This document shows, in pieces, positions 59,289 through 64,000 of a stretch of 64,000 bases of DNA. The position numbers and the translations under genes are program-made. Position 1 is the stretch's first letter. Each line of letters begins with the position of its first letter. Source of the stretch: an uncultured Candidatus Rokubacteria bacterium (GTDB lineage Bacteria; Methylomirabilota; Methylomirabilia; Rokubacteriales; DASRDR01); assembly GCA_963805625.1 (NCBI GenBank), contig CAWDVE010000017.1:384001-448000 (forward strand), in the 5' to 3' direction. Under the pieces are notes generated by a model that was given only the letters and a program-made list of their open reading frames with translations, was not told the DNA's origin and did not search any database.

Positions 59289-59810
59289 ATCTCCACACTG
59301 CAGCGGGACCTCAGGATCAACGAAGGAATTCGGGCTCGGGAAGTCAGGGTCGTTAGCGCGGAGGGCGAGCAGCTCGGAATCCTGCCTATCGGCGAGGCGA
59401 TTCGGATCGCGCAGGAGCGGGAGCTCGACCTGGTCGAGGTCGCGCCGGAGGCGGCGCCGCCGGTCTGCCGGATCATGGACTTCGGGAAGTTCAAGTATCA
59501 GCAGAGCCGGCGCGCGAAGGATGCCCGCAAGAAGCAGACGGTCATCCAGGTCAAGGAAGTCAAGATGGGGCCGAAGACGGACGAGCACGATTTCCAGTTC
59601 AAGGCACGGCACGTCCGCCGGTTCATCGAGGACGGGAACAAGGCCAAGGTCACGATCCGATTCCGTGGCCGCGAGATGGTCCACACGGAGCTCGGCCGCC
59701 GGTTGCTGGACCGCATGACCCAGGATCTGCTGGACATCGCCACGATCGAGAGCCACGCGCGGCTGGAGGGGCGGAACATGGTCATGATCCTGACCCCGAA
59801 GCAGCGCTAA
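59289..59810 (+). CDS. infC: Translation initiation factor IF-3, non-canonical ATC start
   Basis: In-frame ATC 59289 after GGGGGT; RINEGIRAREVRVV, DLVEVAP, PPVCRIMDFGKFKY, FRGREM. Confidence 0.95.
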   Translation: MSTLQRDLRINEGIRAREVRVVSAEGEQLGILPIGEAIRIAQERELDLVEVAPEAAPPVCRIMDFGKFKYQQSRRAKDARKKQTVIQVKEVKMGPKTDEHDFQFKARHVRRFIEDGNKAKVTIRFRGREMVHTELGRRLLDRMTQDLLDIATIESHARLEGRNMVMILTPKQR

Positions 59811-59839
59811 GCTCGGCCGCAGGGAGAGACGAGGACGCC

Positions 59840-60037
59840 ATGCCGAAGATCAAGACGAAGCGGAGCGCTGCCAAGCGGATCCGGGCCACCGGCACCGGGA
59901 AGCTGGCGCGCGCCAAGGGCTGGAAGAAGCACCTCCTCGAGTGGAAGCCTTCCAAGCGGAGGCGCCAGCTTCGCAAGGACACGTTGATCGCGCCGGCAGA
60001 CGAGAAGCGTATCCGGCGTCTCGTTCCGTACCTGTAG
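59840..60037 (+). CDS. rpmI: 50S ribosomal protein L35
   Basis: MPKIKTKRSAAKR...KKHLL...LVPY. Confidence 0.97.
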   Translation: MPKIKTKRSAAKRIRATGTGKLARAKGWKKHLLEWKPSKRRRQLRKDTLIAPADEKRIRRLVPYL

Positions 60038-60324
60038 ATCGCGGGCCGCCGCGCGAGATCGGACCCATCGCCGATCCCCGCCAGCCTGCGTGATACACTT
60101 TGCCGGCCGGGAGGCTCGTCCGCGAGCCGTGCCCGGTCCCTGGCGGTCTTCGCACCGCCCAGCCGCCCCGCGGAGGGGGGGCTGATGCTCACCGGTTGCC
60201 TCGGCGGGTTACAACCGCCGGAGTCCTGCGATCCAGCCGCCTGCCTGAACCGGCGTGCCTGGGTCGGGTGACAGATGGGTTGCCTCCCCCCGGGCTCAAG
60301 TGAGGCGAGAAGGAGCAACAAGCC

Positions 60325-60684
60325 ATGCCGCGTGCCAAGGGCGGACCGAAGACCCGCCAGCGACGGAAGAAGGTCCTCAAGCAGGCCAAGGGCTACTGGG
60401 GCGGTCGACGCCGGCTGTATCGGAGCGCCGCCGAGACGGTGCTCCGGGCCCTGGCCTTTGCCCACCGAGACCGCCGAGCGAAGAAGCGGGACTTCCGGTC
60501 GCTCTGGATCCTGCGCATCAACGCCGCCTGCCGGGCGCTGGGCCTGCCGTACTCGAGCTTCGTGAGCGGGCTCAAGAAGGCCGGGGTCAACCTGGACCGG
60601 AAAGTCCTGGCGGATCTGGCCATCAGCGATCCCGCGGCCTTCGCTCGCCTCGTGGAAACCGCGCGCGCCCAATCTGGGCGCTAG
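60325..60684 (+). CDS. rplT: 50S ribosomal protein L20
   Basis: [37 protein letters not shown]. Confidence 0.98.
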   Translation: MPRAKGGPKTRQRRKKVLKQAKGYWGGRRRLYRSAAETVLRALAFAHRDRRAKKRDFRSLWILRINAACRALGLPYSSFVSGLKKAGVNLDRKVLADLAISDPAAFARLVETARAQSGR

Positions 60685-60920
60685 CTCTTCGCCGGGAGGG
60701 CTCCTGGGCGGAGGGAAAAAATCCCCTCGGCCGAAGGGGCCATGGGGACTCTTGACCCTATCCCGGGTTCCCGGATCTGTCAGTGGTCTTCCAGTTCTTG
60801 TCAGTTTGAGGTGGTTTCGGGACTATTCGAAGCGCTGGCCGGTTGTGTGCTGCATCCGAAACCTCGGCTACCGTTGGTGTCCACCGGCTAACATGAGTTC
60901 CGCGCCGTGTGAATCTCTCT

Positions 60921-60936
60921 CGGCACGAGGATTGCT
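60921..60936 (+). promoter_or_regulatory. sigma54 -24/-12 promoter of pilin gene
   Basis: CGGCAC-GAGGA-TTGCT, exact GG-N10-GC spacing. Confidence 0.75.
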
Positions 60937-60977
60937 TGAAAGCCTCCTGATGGTCGACCTGACCAGGGAGGGTGCTG

Positions 60978-61388
60978 ATGAGCGAGCGCGATTCTGGGGA
61001 GAAAGGGGCTAGGGACCCCCGGTCCAGGGGCCTCCGGGCGATGCTCCGGCGGCGGCGCCGGTCCCGGAAGTGTGATCAGCGTGGCCTCACGCTCGTCGAG
61101 CTGATGATCGTCGTGACGATCATCGCGATCATCGCCGCCGTCGCCATCGCGATCTATCAGGACATCGTGAAGAAGTCCAAGCTTGCCGCGGATCAGGGGA
61201 TCGTTTCGAGCCTCCGGTCAGCTGTGGCCATGTATTACGGTCGCAGCAATGGCCTGTTTCCCACGAACATGGCCTCGGTGGAAGCGCTCGTTCAGCCGGC
61301 GCCCATATACAACTGTTCCGTCCCGCCGGTCTACGACCCCGCCAACGGCAAGATCACCTTCACGGCGTCGTTGGCCGACTGCCCCTAA
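60978..61388 (+). CDS. Type IV pilin (candidate major pilin)
   Basis: DQRG|LTLVELMIVVTIIAIIAAVAI, SLRSAVAMYY, C-terminal Cys pair. Confidence 0.88.
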   Translation: MSERDSGEKGARDPRSRGLRAMLRRRRRSRKCDQRGLTLVELMIVVTIIAIIAAVAIAIYQDIVKKSKLAADQGIVSSLRSAVAMYYGRSNGLFPTNMASVEALVQPAPIYNCSVPPVYDPANGKITFTASLADCP

Positions 61389-61609
61389 GAGCTCGGGGAT
61401 TTCTCGCACGAGCCGGGTCTTGGCCCGCGTGGGGGCCTGCCACGAAAGCCCCATCGGTCCCTTCCTAGGGAGTTTTGCTCTCCATAGCGGTCTTCTCCGA
61501 TGGGCATCCGACCCCCGATGTACATCCTCTATTGGACGGTTGTCCAATAGGAGCCCGGACGGGACAGCAGCATCCACAAGCTTTTACCTGGAATTCCCGG
61601 CCTCCCCAG

Positions 61610-61625
61610 TGGCATCCGGTTTGCT
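61610..61625 (+). promoter_or_regulatory. sigma54 -24/-12 promoter of S8 protease gene
   Basis: TGGCAT-CCGGT-TTGCT, exact GG-N10-GC spacing. Confidence 0.7.
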
Positions 61626-61747
61626 CACGTAACCCTCACCGGTTTCGCGCCGGTTGTCCCATCCACGACGCTCGCTCAAAGCAGCGACCCGATGACGCAT
61701 CGCGGCGCCCCTTCCGGCGCCTGGCGGTGCCTGGACGGGAGGATCCG

Positions 61748-64000
61748 ATGAGGTACCGCGCGTGGGCCGTGCTGGGGTTGCTTCTCCTCGGTCTCTCGGG
61801 ATCAGTCGGCGAGGCTGCGCCGCCTGACCGCGTCCCGCCCGATATCCGGCAACGGGTTCAGACCGCGGGGAGCGTCCGGATCCTCGTGCGGTTCCACCTG
61901 CCCGGCGGGGCCTATGTTACCGAGGGGTTCCTGCCCCCGGCCGGCGTCTCCCGGCAGCGGCAGGAGTTGCTCGCGGTGCAGTCCAAGCTCGTGTCTCGGC
62001 TGCAAGGTCGCCAACACTCGGTCCTCCGCCAATACCAGACCGTGCCGCTGCTCGCGCTGGAGGTGGGCCCGGACGCCCTCACCGAGCTCGAAGCCTCGTT
62101 CGAGGTCGACGCCATCTTCGAGGATCGCCTCCGGGTGCCGCATCTCAGCGACAGTGTCCCCCTGATCGAGGGCGACCTCGCATGGGCCAACGGCTTCGAC
62201 GGAACCGGCACCGTGGTCGCCATCCTCGACACCGGAGTGCAGCGTTCGCACCCGTTCCTCACGGGCAAGGTCGTGGAGGAAGCGTGCTACTCGAGCACCA
62301 TCCCGGGGCAGAGCAAGACCGTCTGCCCGAACGGCAAAGAGGAGCAGACCGGAACCAACTCCGCGCGGCCCTGCTCCCTGCCGGAGTGCTTCCACGGCAC
62401 GCATGTCGCCGGTGTCGTTGCGGGGAACGGCGCCGGAGCGGGCGTGTCTTTCTCGGGGGTCGCGAAGGGCGCGCAGCTCATGGCCATCCAAGTGTTCTCG
62501 AAGATCACGAGCGCGTCCCTCTGCGGTGGCACCGCGCCGTGCCTCGGGGCCTGGGAGTCGGACATCATCGCCGGCCTGGAGCGCGTGTATGAACGGCGCA
62601 CGGCGCGCAACTTCGTCGCGGCCAACCTGAGCCTCGGCGGGGATCTGTTCACGGAGCCCTGCCCCACCGACGTCCACAAGCCGATCATCGATAACTTGCG
62701 AGCGGTGGGGATCGCGACCATTGTGGCGTCCGGGAACGATGGGTCCACGAACGCCATCGCGGCCCCGGCCTGCGTGCCCTCGGCGGTGAGCGTGGGCTCG
62801 ACCGGGATGACCGACGAGGTCTCGTGGTTCTCGAACGTCGCGTCGTTCCTGACCCTGTTCGCCCCCGGTGAATCGATCACATCGTCCTATTCGGGTGGCG
62901 GGTTCATCACGGCGGATGGGACCTCCGCCGCGACACCTCACGTCTCCGGTGCGTGGGCCGTCCTCAAGCAGGCGGCGCCGACCGCGACCGTGGACGAGAT
63001 CCTGGACGCCCTGGTCTCCACGGGCCTCCCGGTGACGGAAGTCATCAGCGGCCTGAGCAAGCCGCGCATTCGCGTGTTCCAGGCGCTCGCCGCCCTCACC
63101 ACGACCCCCTTGATCGGGACCATCACGCCGCCGCGCGGAGGCCAGGGCGAGACGCTGGATGTCACGATCGCCGGCGCGAACTTCCAGAGTGGCGCCACGG
63201 TGAGCTTCGAGGCGGGGGTGGACGTGACGGCGGTGGCGGTGTCCTCGGACACGGAGATCGTGGCGACGCTGAGCATTCCGATGAGCGCCACCCTCGGGCC
63301 GCGCACTGTCACGGTCACCAACCCTGACTCCAGCTCGGCCACGCGGGTCGGCGCCTTCACGGTCACCTTGCCGCCTCCCCACATGACGCTCGTGTGGAAC
63401 GGGAAGATCCGGGACCGGGTGGGGCCGAGCGAGGGGGCGCCGGCTCCGGACGGGGCGCTGGACGGGACGCTGACGGCGACGATGACGGGCGGGGCGCGGA
63501 CGGTGCGCCAGCTGGTGCTAGTGGCGAGCGGCGGGGGCACGGGGCAGTGGAACACGGTGCCGAACGACGGTTACTGGATCCTGGGGGCCGCGGCGGGGTG
63601 GGACACGGCGACCCTGAACGCCACGAACGGCTCGGTGAACTTCGCGGTGGCGGACGGCGGGAGCTTCGCGGTGTTCGCGACGGACTGGTACAACGGGAAG
63701 TTCGTGGCGGGGACGACGCTGAGGCTGACGGCGACGTTCACGGACGACACGGTGGCGACGGCGAGCGCGGTCGTGCCGGTGGTGCCGACGGTGACGGGGA
63801 TGACCCCGTCGGGCGGGGAGCAGGGCGCGACGGTGTCGGTGACGGTCACCGGGACGAACTTCCAGAGCGGGGCGACGCTGAGCGTGGGGGCGGGGGTGGC
63901 GGTGACGAGCATGTCGGTGCCGTCGGCCACGCAGCTGCTGGCGACGCTGGCGATCGCCGTCGACGCGGCGGTGGGGCCACGGGACGTGACGGTGACGAAC
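61748..64000 (+). CDS. Secreted S8 (subtilisin-like) protease with IPT/TIG-like Ig domains, runs off window end (absent from ORF track)
   Basis: MRYRAWAVLGLLLL signal; triad VAILDTG, FHGTHVAG, GTSAATPHVSG; Ig repeats ITPPRGGQG...GANFQSGAT...GPRTVTVTNP. Confidence 0.92.
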   Translation, partial: MRYRAWAVLGLLLLGLSGSVGEAAPPDRVPPDIRQRVQTAGSVRILVRFHLPGGAYVTEGFLPPAGVSRQRQELLAVQSKLVSRLQGRQHSVLRQYQTVPLLALEVGPDALTELEASFEVDAIFEDRLRVPHLSDSVPLIEGDLAWANGFDGTGTVVAILDTGVQRSHPFLTGKVVEEACYSSTIPGQSKTVCPNGKEEQTGTNSARPCSLPECFHGTHVAGVVAGNGAGAGVSFSGVAKGAQLMAIQVFSKITSASLCGGTAPCLGAWESDIIAGLERVYERRTARNFVAANLSLGGDLFTEPCPTDVHKPIIDNLRAVGIATIVASGNDGSTNAIAAPACVPSAVSVGSTGMTDEVSWFSNVASFLTLFAPGESITSSYSGGGFITADGTSAATPHVSGAWAVLKQAAPTATVDEILDALVSTGLPVTEVISGLSKPRIRVFQALAALTTTPLIGTITPPRGGQGETLDVTIAGANFQSGATVSFEAGVDVTAVAVSSDTEIVATLSIPMSATLGPRTVTVTNPDSSSATRVGAFTVTLPPPHMTLVWNGKIRDRVGPSEGAPAPDGALDGTLTATMTGGARTVRQLVLVASGGGTGQWNTVPNDGYWILGAAAGWDTATLNATNGSVNFAVADGGSFAVFATDWYNGKFVAGTTLRLTATFTDDTVATASAVVPVVPTVTGMTPSGGEQGATVSVTVTGTNFQSGATLSVGAGVAVTSMSVPSATQLLATLAIAVDAAVGPRDVTVTN

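Overview
High-GC bacterial chromosomal window with almost every gene on the + strand. Gene content and style suggest Candidatus Rokubacteria/Methylomirabilota (inference only). 1-25.7 kb is a large envelope and type IV pilus region. It starts with a translationally coupled run of GT2, methyltransferase, three GT-C glycosyltransferases, HEAT protein, HD-GYP phosphodiesterase, pilD and a GGDEF cyclase. Then come a Cys-rich minor-pilin cassette, a hybrid histidine kinase carrying a ~235-aa articulin/alveolin-like (EVVREVPV)n tract and a non-canonical H-box, pilMNOPQ, aroB and two Ig-like lipoproteins. Housekeeping blocks follow: efp-accB-accC, a liv ABC transporter with MaoC and an FAD oxidoreductase, two TMTC-like TPR glycosyltransferases, gcvTHP, lipoate ligase, pepA, PHP, aroF, tonB, a 5'-nucleotidase, tRNA-Val and thrS-infC-rpmI-rplT. 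The window ends with a sigma54-type pilin gene and the start of a large S8 protease. Best leads are the repeat-containing, possibly kinase-dead sensor inside the pilus locus, the glycosylation/c-di-GMP/pilus operon, a clear Phe/Tyr leader-peptide attenuator ahead of aroF, and an unusually long structured rpmI-rplT spacer. Several frameshifts and mosaic gene relics may be either biology or assembly error. All family calls are from motif recognition by eye; no searches were run.
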